This document shows, piece after piece, positions 28,242-38,440 of a stretch of DNA of 64,000 bases. A program made the position numbers and the translations under genes. Position 1 is the stretch's first letter, and the number at the start of each line of letters is the position of its first letter. Below the pieces are notes generated by a model, which searched no databases, was not told where the DNA came from, and saw only the letters and a program-made list of their open reading frames with translations. Origin of the DNA: Dehalococcoidia bacterium (GTDB lineage Bacteria; Chloroflexota; Dehalococcoidia; SM23-28-2; HRBIN24); the NCBI GenBank assembly GCA_025062275.1, contig JANXAP010000020.1:19882-83881 (forward strand). The letters run 5' to 3'.

Positions 28242-28901
28242 ATGGTCATCTGGGTGGCCCAGTTCAACATTGTGGCCGGCCAGACCTTCGAGGATGGCCC
28301 CTTCACCGGCGCCTTCCCCCAGCGGGGCGGCGGCGACGACCCCTGCGACCTCTACCTGCTAGTGGAGCCGGCCCTGCCCGGCAGCGAGGAGTTCTGCAAC
28401 GACATCGCCAACCTGGTGGGGGAGTCCTTCCACCGCTATCGCCTCTCGGTCACGGGGGGACTGCTGCGGGCGCTGCAGTCGGCCCACGCCGACCTGAAGG
28501 GCTGGAACAGCCGCAGCCTCCGCGACCAATGGGTGGCCGTGGGCGTCTCGGCCCTGGCGGTGCGGGGGAACGAGGGATACCTGGCCCAGGTAGGGCCTGC
28601 CCTGGCTTACGCCCGTCGTCAGGGCCACCTTCGCCCCCTGCAGCCTCATCTGCCCGATGCCCAGGGCCCCTTGGGCCTGGGCGACTCCGTCTACCCCCAG
28701 TTCTCGCGCCTCGAGCTTTCCCCCGGCGATGCGGTGCTGCTGACGGCCACCCCCCTTCGGACAGCCCTGCAAGAGCAGGCCCTGGCAGGACTGCTGGCGG
28801 GGCCGGTGGAGGAGTGCTTGCCCGCCATCTTTCAGGCTGTCCGCTCCCTGCCCTGGTTCGGCGCCGTGCTGGTGGCCGCCCTGGAAGACCGTCGTCCCTG
28901 A
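28242..28901 (+). CDS. hypothetical protein (219 aa)
   Basis: Internal ATG of the track ORF; no confident family. Confidence 0.45.
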   Translation: MVIWVAQFNIVAGQTFEDGPFTGAFPQRGGGDDPCDLYLLVEPALPGSEEFCNDIANLVGESFHRYRLSVTGGLLRALQSAHADLKGWNSRSLRDQWVAVGVSALAVRGNEGYLAQVGPALAYARRQGHLRPLQPHLPDAQGPLGLGDSVYPQFSRLELSPGDAVLLTATPLRTALQEQALAGLLAGPVEECLPAIFQAVRSLPWFGAVLVAALEDRRP

Positions 28902-28908
28902 GGGCGTC

Positions 28909-29901
28909 ATGAGGGTGCTGGGCATCGAGACCTCTTGCGACGAGACGGCAGTGGGGATGGTGGAGGACGGGCGTCGCCTGCTGGCGAACGTGGTGGCCTC
29001 CCAGGCCTCCTTTCACGCCCCCTATGGAGGGGTGGTACCGGAGGTGGCCTCCCGTCACCACCTGGAGCTGCTGCTGCCCGTACTGGAGGAGGCGCTCCAG
29101 CAGGCAGGATGCCGCCCCGCCGACGTGGATGCCTTGGCCGTCACCATCGGCCCGGGCCTGGCCGGCTCCCTGCTGGTGGGCGTGAACCTCGCCAAGGCCC
29201 TGGCCTACGCCTGGGGCCGGCCCCTGGTGGCCGTCAACCACCTGGAGGCCCACATTTACGCCAACTGGCTGCAGCCTGGCGAGCCTCCCCGCCTCCCCGC
29301 CCTCTGCCTGGTGGTCTCGGGCGGCCACACGGAGCTGGTGCTCATGGAGGATCACGGGCGCTACGTCCGCCTGGGGGGGACGCTGGACGATGCTGCCGGC
29401 GAGGCGTTCGACAAAGTAGCCCGCTTGCTGGGCCTGGGATTTCCCGGCGGCCCGGCCATCGAGCGGGCGGCGGCCGCCAGCGGGCGCAGTCGCCTGCGCC
29501 TGCCCCGCGCCCGCACGCGGGGAGCCTACGACTTCAGCTTCAGCGGCCTCAAGACCCACGTCCTGCGTCTGCTCCAGGGCGAGCACGGCGAGGTGCCTCC
29601 CCCACCGGAGGTGGCCGCCGCCTTCCAGGAGGCGGTGGTGGACGCCCTGGTGGAGAAGGTGGTGCGGGCGGCCCAGGAGCACGAGGCCGCCGAGGTGATG
29701 CTGGTCGGTGGAGTTGCCGCCAACCGCCTGTTGCGGGAGGAGCTTTCCCGTCGCTGTACCCTGCCGGTGCGGGTGCCTCCCCCCTCCCTCTGCACTGACA
29801 ACGGGGCGATGGTGGCTGCCTGCGGCTATTACCGCCTGACCCTCTTCGGCGAGGAAGCGCCCCTGGACGTGGACGTGCGGCCCGGCCTGCGCCTGGCCTG
29901 A
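28909..29901 (+). CDS. tsaD: tRNA N6-adenosine threonylcarbamoyltransferase
   Basis: MRVLGIETSCDETAV N-terminus and Kae1/TsaD metal-binding HH motif. Confidence 0.9.
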   Translation: MRVLGIETSCDETAVGMVEDGRRLLANVVASQASFHAPYGGVVPEVASRHHLELLLPVLEEALQQAGCRPADVDALAVTIGPGLAGSLLVGVNLAKALAYAWGRPLVAVNHLEAHIYANWLQPGEPPRLPALCLVVSGGHTELVLMEDHGRYVRLGGTLDDAAGEAFDKVARLLGLGFPGGPAIERAAAASGRSRLRLPRARTRGAYDFSFSGLKTHVLRLLQGEHGEVPPPPEVAAAFQEAVVDALVEKVVRAAQEHEAAEVMLVGGVAANRLLREELSRRCTLPVRVPPPSLCTDNGAMVAACGYYRLTLFGEEAPLDVDVRPGLRLA

Positions 29902-29912
29902 GCCTGGCCTTC

Positions 29913-30320
29913 TCAGCCGCCGCCCACCTGCCCCCGATATTCAGCGTCGGTCACGTGAGCGCCCCAGATGGCGCCCCTGCCCTCGTCGTCCACTTCCCAC
30001 ATGGCGATGTGGGCCATGAAGTGATCCGGGGCGGCGCCGTGCCAGTGCTCCTCGCCCGGCGGCGTATGGACTACGTCGCCGGCCCGCACCTCGACGACCG
30101 GGCCGCCGCGGGCCTGCGCCAGCCCGCGTCCCTCCAGCACGTAGAACGTCTGGCCGCGGGGATGAGAGTGCCAGGCGGTGCGGGCACCCGGGGCGAAGCG
30201 CACCAGGATGACGCGCATCCGCTGGTAGTCGCCTTCGCCCACCAGCACGTCTACCCACACCTCGCCGCTGAAGGTCTCGTTCGAGCCTCTCTCGCTCGGG
30301 CGTCTGGAGCGGACTTCCAT
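29913..30320 (-). CDS. cupin-domain protein
   Basis: Cupin motifs (WHSHPRGQTFYVLEG...GEEHWHG); only the C-terminal 135 aa of the 596-aa track ORF accepted. Confidence 0.7.
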   Translation of the reverse strand: MEVRSRRPSERGSNETFSGEVWVDVLVGEGDYQRMRVILVRFAPGARTAWHSHPRGQTFYVLEGRGLAQARGGPVVEVRAGDVVHTPPGEEHWHGAAPDHFMAHIAMWEVDDEGRGAIWGAHVTDAEYRGQVGGG

Positions 30321-30382
30321 GGCCTGCCTCCTGCCATGAGTATATGTCCCGCCACCCCGGTCGAGGGACAAGCGGCCGGGGC

Positions 30383-32062
30383 CTATTCGCTGACGTAGTA
30401 GTCGCGGCGGCGGCGCTGCAGATAGGCCTGCACCTCGGCCGAGGAGACCCCCAGCCGGTGCAGGGTGTGGCGCACGAACTCCAGGCCGGCCTCGAAGCCG
30501 GGGTGCACCACCTCGTCGGCTCCGAGCCCCCGCAGCCGTCGGTGGCTCTCGGGCCCAGCCCCACGAGCGATGACGTCCACCTGCGGCGCCAGCTTCCTGG
30601 CAGCCGCCACCACGGCTTCGGTCGAGGCCGGGTCGGCCTGGGTCACCGCCAGCACCCGCGCCCGCTGCAGCTGGGCCTGCTCCAGCACCAGGGGGCTGGA
30701 CGGCTCGCCGTGGACGTAAGGCACCCCCTGCTGCTGCAGCCAGCGCACGGCCGCCGGGTCCTGCTCGATGACGACGCAGCGGAAGCCCCGACGACGCAGG
30801 GCCGTCACCAGCTCGGCCCCGGCCTCCCCCAGGCCGCACACTACCACGTGGTTGACCAGCGGCTCGCCGGCTGGCAGCTGCACCTGGACCGGCGTGGACG
30901 AGCGGAAAAGGACGTCGGCCCAGGAGACGCCCCAGCGCAGGGCCAGGGGCGCCAGCAGCAGGCTGATGAACGCCGAACCGACCAGCGCCGAGGCAGTCCT
31001 GTCGTCCAGCACTCCCTCGTCGCCGGCCACCGACACAGCCAGGAAGGCGAACTCGCCCGTCTGGGCCAGCAGCAGCCCGGAGAGGAAAGCGGTGCGGGGC
31101 AGGTAGCCGAAGGCCAGCGCCAGGCCACCCACCAGGACCAGCTTGGCCAGGCTCCCCAGAAGAGTGAAAGCGGCCAGCTCCGCCGGCGCCTCCGCCAGGG
31201 TGCGAGGGTCCATCAGCATCCCCATGGCCACGAAGAACAGGGCGGCAAAGACGTTGCGCAGGGGCAGCAGCTCCGCCAGCCCCTGCTGGGCGTGATCCGA
31301 CTCCGCCAGGACTAGCCCCGCCAGGAAGGCGCCGAAGGCGGGCGAGAGGCCCGTCAGGGCACCCAGGGCGGTGCCCCCCAGTGCCAGCACCACGGTGCCC
31401 AGCAGGAACATCTCGCGGGAGCGGCGCCCCACCAGCAGCGACATGGCCCTCGGCACGACGCGGGTGGCCAGGAGGTAAGTCCCGACCAGAAAGGCGGCCG
31501 CCTTGCCCACCGTCATGGCCAGGGTGACGCCCAGGGAGCCGCCGTCGCCGCCCAGCGCAGGCATGGCCACCAGCAGCGGCACCAGGCTCAGGTCCTGGAC
31601 CATGGATACCCCGGCCGCCACCCTGCCGTGCACGCTCTCCACCTCGCCCCGGTCCTCCAGCAACCGCAGCGCGATGGTGGTGCTGGAGCTGGCCAGCGCC
31701 CACCCGGCCACCAGGGACTGCTTCAGCCCCAGGTCGAAGAGGCGCCCCAGCAGCATCCCCAGGCCGATGACGACGCCCACCTGTAGCAGCCCCCCGCCGA
31801 TAGCCACGGAGCCGACCTCCCGCAGGCCTCGCAGGCTCAGCTGCAGGCCCAGGCCGAACATGAGCAGCGCCACCCCTACATCGGCCAGTCGCTGGACCTG
31901 CTCGACCTCGGCCACCGGCCCCGGGGTGTAAGGCCCCAGCAGCAGGCCGGCCAGCAAATAGCCCAGCACCGGCGGCAGGCCCACCAGGTGGGCCACAGTG
32001 CCGCCGGCCAGGGCCGCCGCCAGCACGACGGCCAGAAGACCGACCAGCCCCGTATCGGACAT
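30383..32062 (-). CDS. CPA2 monovalent cation:proton antiporter with C-terminal TrkA-N (RCK) domain (Kef-type)
   Basis: Eleven or more TM helices with Na_H exchanger family motifs, followed by a Rossmann RCK domain (VVVCGLGEAGAELV). Confidence 0.85.
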   Translation of the reverse strand: MSDTGLVGLLAVVLAAALAGGTVAHLVGLPPVLGYLLAGLLLGPYTPGPVAEVEQVQRLADVGVALLMFGLGLQLSLRGLREVGSVAIGGGLLQVGVVIGLGMLLGRLFDLGLKQSLVAGWALASSSTTIALRLLEDRGEVESVHGRVAAGVSMVQDLSLVPLLVAMPALGGDGGSLGVTLAMTVGKAAAFLVGTYLLATRVVPRAMSLLVGRRSREMFLLGTVVLALGGTALGALTGLSPAFGAFLAGLVLAESDHAQQGLAELLPLRNVFAALFFVAMGMLMDPRTLAEAPAELAAFTLLGSLAKLVLVGGLALAFGYLPRTAFLSGLLLAQTGEFAFLAVSVAGDEGVLDDRTASALVGSAFISLLLAPLALRWGVSWADVLFRSSTPVQVQLPAGEPLVNHVVVCGLGEAGAELVTALRRRGFRCVVIEQDPAAVRWLQQQGVPYVHGEPSSPLVLEQAQLQRARVLAVTQADPASTEAVVAAARKLAPQVDVIARGAGPESHRRLRGLGADEVVHPGFEAGLEFVRHTLHRLGVSSAEVQAYLQRRRRDYYVSE

Positions 32063-32176
32063 GGATGCGGGACCCTGGCAGCAGGGGGACGAAGGTCTCG
32101 GATGGCTGAAGGGCCCGAGGCTATGCTACCACCTGACGGGCGCCGCCGGCCCGGCCACGATGGCCACGGGCCCTGG

Positions 32177-32671
32177 TCAGCGGCCAGGGGCTGAGCGGTG
32201 GCGCCGCTGTCGGGGCGGGCCAGTGGGACGGCTTTCGGGGATGCCGTGCTCCCGCCTCAGTTCCTCCAGCAAGGGCTGCAGGGCGTCCACCAGGCCTGCG
32301 AGATGACGCGCACACTCGCGAGCGAAGTCCTCGTCCAGCGGCGCCAGGGGCACGGTGTAGTGCAGGCGCGTCCACCATCCGGTCCACTCCTCCAGCTCGG
32401 CCGGCCGCCCCAGGACGGCCAGCACCCTCGGCATCTCCTGGGCCAGGGCCGCGGCCCAGCGATAGTTGTGCTCGCGCTCCCCCTCGAAATGGAGGCCCAC
32501 CTCCGCCAGGCCCTGGCGTCGCTGCAGCCACAGCTCGTAGTGCACCGCCGGATACCAGTAGTAGACCTGCAGCAGGCTGGGGGCCTGCCGCCAGCGGAAG
32601 TCTCGCAGAGACTCGGGCAAGAGGACGGGCAGTTCGGCCCGCACCAGCTCCAGGAACTGGGAGACCTTCAT
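32177..32671 (-). CDS. hypothetical protein (164 aa)
   Basis: Track ORF; Trp/Tyr-rich, no domain recognised. Confidence 0.45.
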   Translation of the reverse strand: MKVSQFLELVRAELPVLLPESLRDFRWRQAPSLLQVYYWYPAVHYELWLQRRQGLAEVGLHFEGEREHNYRWAAALAQEMPRVLAVLGRPAELEEWTGWWTRLHYTVPLAPLDEDFARECARHLAGLVDALQPLLEELRREHGIPESRPTGPPRQRRHRSAPGR

Positions 32672-32702
32672 GGCGGTGGCCGCGGGCGGGCGGCCCGACG
32701 GC

Positions 32703-33869
32703 CTAGGCCACAGCGCCCGCCTGGCGCAGGGCCGCGACCTCGGCCTCGCTGTATCCCGCCTCCCTCAGCACCTCGTCGGTGTGCTCCCCCAGCCGCGGCC
32801 CCAGGGTGCGGATGGAGCCCGGGGTCTCCGAAAGCTTGGCCCCGATGCCCACCTGCCTCACGGTGCCCATCTGCGGGTGCTGGACCTCGGCCAGCATCCT
32901 TCGCTGAAGGACATGAGGATCGGCGAACACCTCGTCCAGGGAATAGACCGGTGCCACGCAGATCTCGTGCTGGCGCAGCTCCTGGAACCACTCGTCCCGT
33001 GTCCGCTCCTGGAAGCGGCGGCGGAAGAATTCGAACATCTCCGGATAGCGCTGACGGTCCCACTGGTGGGGAATGAACTCCTCGGCCCCCAGGACGCGGC
33101 AGAGGGCCTCCCAGAAGTAAGGCTCCAGACAGCCGATGCTGATGTAGCGGCCGTCGGCGCAGCGATACACGTTGTAGAAGGGGACGCCGCCGTTGAGCAT
33201 GTCCTCCCCCGGCCTGGGCACCTGCCCCGTCGCCAGGTAGCGGCTGGCCACCCAGGTGAGGAGGGAGGTGACGCCGTCGCTCATGGCCATGTCTATGTAC
33301 TGACCGCGACCGGTGCGTTCCCTCGCCAGCAGGGCCAGGCAGATGGCGAAGGCGGCGTACAGGCCCCCGCCAGCGAAGTCGGCGATGATGTTCATGGGGA
33401 TGGCGGGCGGCTGCCCCGGCCACCCCGTAAGGCCCAGGGCACCGCCGACGCTGATGTAGTTTATGTCGTGGCCCACCAGAGAGGCATAGGGGCCGTCCTG
33501 CCCGTAGCCCGAAAGGGAGCAGTAGACCAGGCGCGGGTTCAGGCGGGAGAGGGTCTCGTAGTCCACTCCCAGCCGCTTCACCACACCGGGGCGAAAGCCC
33601 TCAACCACCACATCGGCCGTCCTGGCCAGGCGGTAGAAGGCCTCCCGACCCTCCGGCTGACGCAGGTTGATGGCGATGGAGCGCTTGTTGCGGTTGAGGG
33701 GGTTCAGGGCACGGGCCTCCGGACGCTCCATCTCGCTGACGCGGGCCGCACCGGGAGGCGCCTCCACCACGATGACGTCGGCCCCGAAGTCGGCCAGCAG
33801 CATGGTGCAGAAGGGGCCGGGAGCCAGACGGCTCAGGTCCAGGACGCGGATGCCTTCTAGGGCCATCAT
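32703..33869 (-). CDS. family III CoA-transferase (CaiB/BaiF / alpha-methylacyl-CoA racemase-like)
   Basis: [33 protein letters not shown]-terminal signature of CoA-transferase family III. Confidence 0.85.
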   Translation of the reverse strand: MMALEGIRVLDLSRLAPGPFCTMLLADFGADVIVVEAPPGAARVSEMERPEARALNPLNRNKRSIAINLRQPEGREAFYRLARTADVVVEGFRPGVVKRLGVDYETLSRLNPRLVYCSLSGYGQDGPYASLVGHDINYISVGGALGLTGWPGQPPAIPMNIIADFAGGGLYAAFAICLALLARERTGRGQYIDMAMSDGVTSLLTWVASRYLATGQVPRPGEDMLNGGVPFYNVYRCADGRYISIGCLEPYFWEALCRVLGAEEFIPHQWDRQRYPEMFEFFRRRFQERTRDEWFQELRQHEICVAPVYSLDEVFADPHVLQRRMLAEVQHPQMGTVRQVGIGAKLSETPGSIRTLGPRLGEHTDEVLREAGYSEAEVAALRQAGAVA

Positions 33870-34318
33870 GGCGACGCACCTCCGACGACAGGATGAGGGG
33901 CACCCTCTCGCCCCAGCAGGAAGGCCTCGAACTCCTCCTCGGCGGGCAGAGAGGAAGGCCCCAGGGGCAGCACCAGCCAGTCCAGGTGGAAACGGCCGCC
34001 TCGCTGGGGACGGGCGCGGGCCTGGAACTGGTCCCTGGTCAGGAGCCAGACGAGTCCCCGTCCCAGGTCGGCCAAGGCCACCAGCTCCTCAGCACCCGGT
34101 GGCAGCAGCCAGTGCATGCCCAGGGCGCCGCGCCCGCCGCGACGGTGAGGGCCGGGGCGGGACAGAACCCTCGCCAGCCCCTCGCGGCCGTCGGGCCATC
34201 GGACTGCGAGGAGGCCGGGGGCCAGGGTACGGGCCTCCAGTCCGTGCCGGGCCAGCGAGCGGGTGACCAGGCGGACGGCCTCGTCCACCAGCTCCATCGA
34301 GGCGGGGCGGGGACGCAT
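33866..34318 (-). CDS. hypothetical protein (150 aa)
   Basis: Track ORF whose stop overlaps the CoA-transferase start (ATGA); no domain recognised. Confidence 0.4.
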   Translation of the reverse strand: MRPRPASMELVDEAVRLVTRSLARHGLEARTLAPGLLAVRWPDGREGLARVLSRPGPHRRGGRGALGMHWLLPPGAEELVALADLGRGLVWLLTRDQFQARARPQRGGRFHLDWLVLPLGPSSLPAEEEFEAFLLGREGAPHPVVGGASP

Positions 34319-34459
34319 GGTTCGGGCCTATCATGCCCAGGGGCGGCCTCCACGGTCAAGGGCGACGGCCTTTGCCGAGGGCACGACGCCCATGATAGAA
34401 TCGCCTATGACATAATTGGGGCGCCGGGCCGAGGGCTGCGCTTCGCACAGGAAGCCGTT

Positions 34460-36406
34460 ATGGGACCCATGAGGCCCGACAGGCTCTCTCGTCGTCCCCC
34501 ACAGCGTCGCATCGTGTGGGGGAGGCCTTTGCCCCCTCGACCCCCGACGGGGGCGCCTCCGCCGCCGCCCGCGGCCCGGGCCAGCCGCGACCCTGCCCCT
34601 TACATCGTCGGCGGCGTCCTGGGCCTCATCCTGGTGACGGTGCTGGCAGTGGTGGCAGCCTTCTCCTGCATGGGAGGGGACGAGGAGGTGGCGGCAGGCA
34701 TCGTCGCCCGCTCCAGGCAGCCCCCGCCCCTGCCGGCGGGCCTCACCATGGCCAGCCGCAACTACCTGGTGTTCGACGTGCGCCGGGAGCCCGACCGTCC
34801 CGTGCGGCTGGGTCTCCCCCTGGCCCAGGGCTTCCGCCAGGGGCAGGAGCTGAGCTTCTGGACCTACGCCGACGGCCAGTGGCGGCGGCTGGGGCCGGCA
34901 GCCGTGGTCTCGGCCGAGGACTTCCAGCGGGGCAGCTGCCAGCCCAGCGGGGGAATACCATCCGGGCCGCTGGTGGCCTGCGGCGAGTTCCCGCCGCCCC
35001 TGCCCCGCAACCTGGCGGTGCTGACGGGCGGCGCCGGCGGCTCCCTGCGCGTCATCGCCTCCATCCCCAGCCGCTCGGCCCTGGCGCCGGCCGCTCGCGA
35101 CCTGGCCGCCATCGTCAGCCCCAGGGACTTTCGACCCCGCGAGGACGGCTCCCTGGAGGGCTCCCTCAGCCGGCCAGAGCTGAGAGCGGGGCAGGAGCTG
35201 ATGCCCACCGTGGTGGGCAGCGAAGGCCCCGCTGTCCAGAACGTGAACTCCATCCTGGCCGATCCCGCCCGTCGCCAGGCCCACGTGGAAAACATCGTCC
35301 GCCTGGTGGAAGAGCAGGGGCTGGCGGGCATAGACCTGGAATACACCCAGGTGGACGCCCGCCTGTGGGTGTCGTTCCAGCAGATGGTGCGGGAGCTGGC
35401 CGACCGCCTGCACCAGAGAGGCCGCAAGCTGTCCCTCACGCTGCCCGCCCCGGCAGGCCGCCAGACGCTGGACTGGCGGGCGCTGGGACAGGCGGCCGAC
35501 ATGGTGAGGGTGCTCCCCTCGCCAGACCCCCTCTCTTACCGCGAGGACATGGCACAGGCGCTGCAGTTCGCCACCTCCCAGGTGGAGCCGTCCAAGCTGT
35601 TCCTGGTGCTCAGCCCCTACAGCCAGCGCCGCAATGTCAACGGCTCCCAGCCCATCGGCTATCGTCAGGCCATGTCCCTGGCCCTGGAGGTCCGCCGCAC
35701 GCCGGAGGGGGAGATACGGCCGGGCACGGGGGTGCGTCTGGAAGCACCCAATCTGGCGGGGGGTGGCATCGTCTGGAGCAGTGACGCAGCGGCTGTCACC
35801 TTCGCCCTGCAGGGCGGAGGCGACACGGTGTTCATCGAGAACGTCTTCAGCGCCGGCTTCAAGCTGGAGCTGGTGACGGCCTTCCGCCTGGGCGGGGTGG
35901 CGGTGGCCGACGCCTCGGCCGGGGCCGACGTGGCCGACATCTGGCCGGCCATCCGCACCCTGGTGGAGACGGGCGCCCCGCCCCTGCTGCGACCCAACGG
36001 CAACGCCCTGGTGGCCCGCTGGTCGGCCAGCGACGGCCGGCTATCGCCGGCGGAGGGTGCTGCCACTACCTGGACAGCGCCCGAGCGGGGCGGCACCTAT
36101 CAGGTGGAGCTGGTGGTGAGCGACGGCGTGGAGCGCTTCGGCCGTCGTCTGACCCTGGCCGTCACGCCGGAGCCGACGCCCACACCGACCCCCACCCCCA
36201 GCCCCACGCCCGGCCGGACGCCCGCCCCCACACCCACGCCGACGCCGCGCCCCAGTCCGACCCCCATCCCTACTCCCACTCCGACGCCCACACCGACCCC
36301 GACGCCTAGGCCCACACCCGAGCGTCCCGTCCCGTCGCCCACAGCCACCCCGACCCCCACTTCCACCTCCTCGGCCTACACCCTCCTTCAGCCCGTATTA
36401 GACTAA
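34460..36406 (+). CDS. membrane-anchored GH18-like (chitinase-family) domain protein with Pro/Thr-rich C-terminal tail
   Basis: ATG 34460 with AGGAAG RBS; Pro-rich cytoplasmic N-terminus, one TM helix ([21 protein letters not shown]), GH18-like motif [10 protein letters not shown]-terminal PT repeats; 5' 189 codons of the track ORF rejected. Confidence 0.6.
   Translation: MGPMRPDRLSRRPPQRRIVWGRPLPPRPPTGAPPPPPAARASRDPAPYIVGGVLGLILVTVLAVVAAFSCMGGDEEVAAGIVARSRQPPPLPAGLTMASRNYLVFDVRREPDRPVRLGLPLAQGFRQGQELSFWTYADGQWRRLGPAAVVSAEDFQRGSCQPSGGIPSGPLVACGEFPPPLPRNLAVLTGGAGGSLRVIASIPSRSALAPAARDLAAIVSPRDFRPREDGSLEGSLSRPELRAGQELMPTVVGSEGPAVQNVNSILADPARRQAHVENIVRLVEEQGLAGIDLEYTQVDARLWVSFQQMVRELADRLHQRGRKLSLTLPAPAGRQTLDWRALGQAADMVRVLPSPDPLSYREDMAQALQFATSQVEPSKLFLVLSPYSQRRNVNGSQPIGYRQAMSLALEVRRTPEGEIRPGTGVRLEAPNLAGGGIVWSSDAAAVTFALQGGGDTVFIENVFSAGFKLELVTAFRLGGVAVADASAGADVADIWPAIRTLVETGAPPLLRPNGNALVARWSASDGRLSPAEGAATTWTAPERGGTYQVELVVSDGVERFGRRLTLAVTPEPTPTPTPTPSPTPGRTPAPTPTPTPRPSPTPIPTPTPTPTPTPTPRPTPERPVPSPTATPTPTSTSSAYTLLQPVLD
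36161..36375 (+). repeat. Pro-Thr (PT) linker-encoding low-complexity repeat
   Basis: ccgac/cccac-rich DNA encoding [16 protein letters not shown]...[11 protein letters not shown]; produces a spurious antisense Gly/Val-rich ORF (36100-36366). Confidence 0.8.
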
Positions 36407-36414
36407 GGGCGGGC

Positions 36415-36951
36415 ATGAGGATCACTGCCGGTCGGGCCAAAGGCAGGGAGCTAAGGGGGCCGCCCGGCGCGCGCCCCTCCTCGGGGCGAGTGCGGGCCGC
36501 CCTCTTCTCGGCCCTCCAGTCCCTGGGGGCCGATCTGTCGCGGGTGCTAGACCTCTATGCCGGCTCCGGTGCCCTGGGCATAGAGGCCCTGTCGCGGGGG
36601 GCGAACTGGTGCGACTTCGTGGACCAGAGCGCCGCCGCCTGTCGGCAGGTCCGCCGCAACCTGGAGGCCACCGGCCTCGCCGCCCAGGCCGCCGTCCACT
36701 GCCTCCCGGTGGAGAGGGCACCGGAGCGGCTGCGGGGGCCTTACACCCTCGTCCTGGCCGACCCACCCTATGGCGACGCCACGGCCCTGGCCGCCCTGGA
36801 GCGGGTCGCCACCTCTCACCTGGTGGAGGCGGGACGCACCGTCCTGGTGCTGGAGCACAGCGCCCGCACAGCACCGCCCCTACGGTTGGGGCCTCTGGAG
36901 CTGGTAAAGACGCTGCGCCACGGCGACAGCGCCCTATCTTTCTACAGGTAG
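36415..36951 (+). CDS. rsmD: 16S rRNA (guanine966-N2)-methyltransferase
   Basis: DLYAGSGALGIEALSRG SAM-binding motif and DPPY catalytic motif. Confidence 0.9.
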   Translation: MRITAGRAKGRELRGPPGARPSSGRVRAALFSALQSLGADLSRVLDLYAGSGALGIEALSRGANWCDFVDQSAAACRQVRRNLEATGLAAQAAVHCLPVERAPERLRGPYTLVLADPPYGDATALAALERVATSHLVEAGRTVLVLEHSARTAPPLRLGPLELVKTLRHGDSALSFYR

Positions 36952-36961
36952 GAGGTGCGAG

Positions 36962-37441
36962 TTGGTCACAGCCGTCTATCCCGGCCGCTTCGACCCCGTT
37001 ACCAACGGGCACCTGGACATCGCCCGCAGGGCTGCCTCCCTCTTTGACCGGGTGGTGGTGGCCGTCTACGACCTTCCAGCCCACAGCTCCCTCTTCACCA
37101 CTGAGGAGCGAGTGGCCCTCTTCCAGGAAGCGGTGCGGGAGATGGGCAATGTGGAGGTGAAGCCTTTCAGCGGGCTGACGGTGGACTTCGCCCGTCAGGA
37201 GGGGGCCAAGGTGCTGGTGCGGGGCATCCGCGCCGTCACCGACTTCGAGGCCGAGTTCGACATGGCCCTCATGAACAAGCGCATGGCCCCGGAACTGGAA
37301 TCTGTCTTCCTCATGGCCAGCCTGGAGCACCTGTTCGTGAGCGGTCACCGCATCCGCGAGGTGGCCAGCCTGGGCTACGACGTCTCGGGCCTGGTGCCCC
37401 CCCACGTGGCCGAGGCCTTGCGTCGCAAGTTCGGCGGCTAG
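36962..37441 (+). CDS. coaD: phosphopantetheine adenylyltransferase
   Basis: AVYPGRFDPVTNGH (HxGH-type) nucleotidyltransferase motif; TTG start. Confidence 0.9.
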   Translation: MVTAVYPGRFDPVTNGHLDIARRAASLFDRVVVAVYDLPAHSSLFTTEERVALFQEAVREMGNVEVKPFSGLTVDFARQEGAKVLVRGIRAVTDFEAEFDMALMNKRMAPELESVFLMASLEHLFVSGHRIREVASLGYDVSGLVPPHVAEALRRKFGG

Positions 37442-37489
37442 GGAGGTGGGATAATCGACGCCCTGCACCTCATCGACCGCCTGGAAGAG

Positions 37490-37978
37490 ATGGTGGGCGA
37501 GGCCCGTCGTCTCCCCGTGGGCGGGTCGGTGGTGCTGGCCCGACAGCGCCTGCTGGACCTGGTGGACAGGCTGCGGGTAGCCCTGCCGGCCGAGGTCTAC
37601 CAGGCCTCTGAGATAATCCAGCGGCGGGACGAGATCCTGGAGCAGGCCCAGCAGGAGGCGGCCCGCATCCTGGCCCAGGCCCACCAGGAGCTGGAGCGAC
37701 GCCTCTCCGAGACAGAGGTGGTCAGGGCCGCCGAGGCCAGGGCCGAGCAGATCCTGCGGGAGGCTCAGGAGAGGGCCGAGGCCCTGCTGCGCGACGCCGA
37801 GGCCCAGGCCCGCGCTCGCCTGGACGAGGCCGAGGCCGCCGCCAAACAACAGATGGAGGAGGCCGACGCCTACGCCCTAAAGGCCCTGCAGCGGCTGGAG
37901 GAGAGCCTGGACCAACTGCTGCACCAGGTCCGGCGCGGCATCCAGGCCCTCGAGCAGCGCCACGGCTGGCAGGACTAG
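37490..37978 (+). CDS. hypothetical coiled-coil protein
   Basis: Ala/Glu/Arg/Gln-rich heptad-like sequence; ATG 37490 lacks a well-spaced SD while a strong GGAGGTGGG lies 3 nt before in-frame ATA/ATC codons at 37451-37456. Confidence 0.55.
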   Translation: MVGEARRLPVGGSVVLARQRLLDLVDRLRVALPAEVYQASEIIQRRDEILEQAQQEAARILAQAHQELERRLSETEVVRAAEARAEQILREAQERAEALLRDAEAQARARLDEAEAAAKQQMEEADAYALKALQRLEESLDQLLHQVRRGIQALEQRHGWQD

Positions 37979-38439
37979 CCCTCGGCCGGCCTGAAAAGGG
38001 CCTCCAGCCCGTCCAGGGCGGCCACCAGGCCCCGCCGCTGATAGCCGGGCCATAGCAGCCAGCCCACCACCAGCCCCATGAGGCCGCGGGCACGGGCCCG
38101 CGCCTCGATGGTCACCAGGGTGGCATCCTCCCCCACAGGCTCCAGGGTAATGGCCTGCCCCTCCAGCAACAGCCAGTAGCGGTCCATGTCTTCTTCCGGC
38201 GACGGCCTGGGCAGAAAAGCGACGCGGCGCTGGGGCTCCCAGGCGCCCACCTGCAGCTCGCTCGCCCGCCCCTCCTCGTCCTCGGCTCGCAGCACGGCGC
38301 CCTCGCCCGCCGGCCCCGACACGAGGCACACCCTGGCCCAGGCCTTGTTCCAGCGGGGCGCCCCCTCCAGGTCGGCTATGGCCTCCCACACCGATGGCAA
38401 GGGGGCAGGGATGAGCCTGCGGGCCTGAACCCTGGGCAC
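37975..38439 (-). CDS. SRPBCC (START/polyketide-cyclase-like) family protein
   Basis: Length and sequence pattern typical of SRPBCC ligand-binding proteins; low certainty. Confidence 0.5.
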   Translation of the reverse strand: MPRVQARRLIPAPLPSVWEAIADLEGAPRWNKAWARVCLVSGPAGEGAVLRAEDEEGRASELQVGAWEPQRRVAFLPRPSPEEDMDRYWLLLEGQAITLEPVGEDATLVTIEARARARGLMGLVVGWLLWPGYQRRGLVAALDGLEALFRPAEG

Positions 38440-38440
38440 C

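Noticed and set aside
30321-31703. Upstream 461 aa of the 596-aa minus ORF fused to the cupin gene
   Set aside because: Overlaps the CPA2 antiporter gene on the same strand in a different frame with Gly/Arg/Pro-rich composition; only the C-terminal cupin domain has protein-like features and its own ATG.
33893-34459. 5' 189 codons of the 837-aa plus ORF
   Set aside because: Antisense to the 33866-34318 gene, low complexity, no RBS; a good RBS/ATG occurs at 34460 where the Pro-rich cytoplasmic N-terminus begins.
36100-36366. 88-aa Gly/Val-repeat ORF on the minus strand
   Set aside because: Exact antisense of the Pro/Thr linker-coding repeat of the GH18-like protein; an artefact of the simple repeat.
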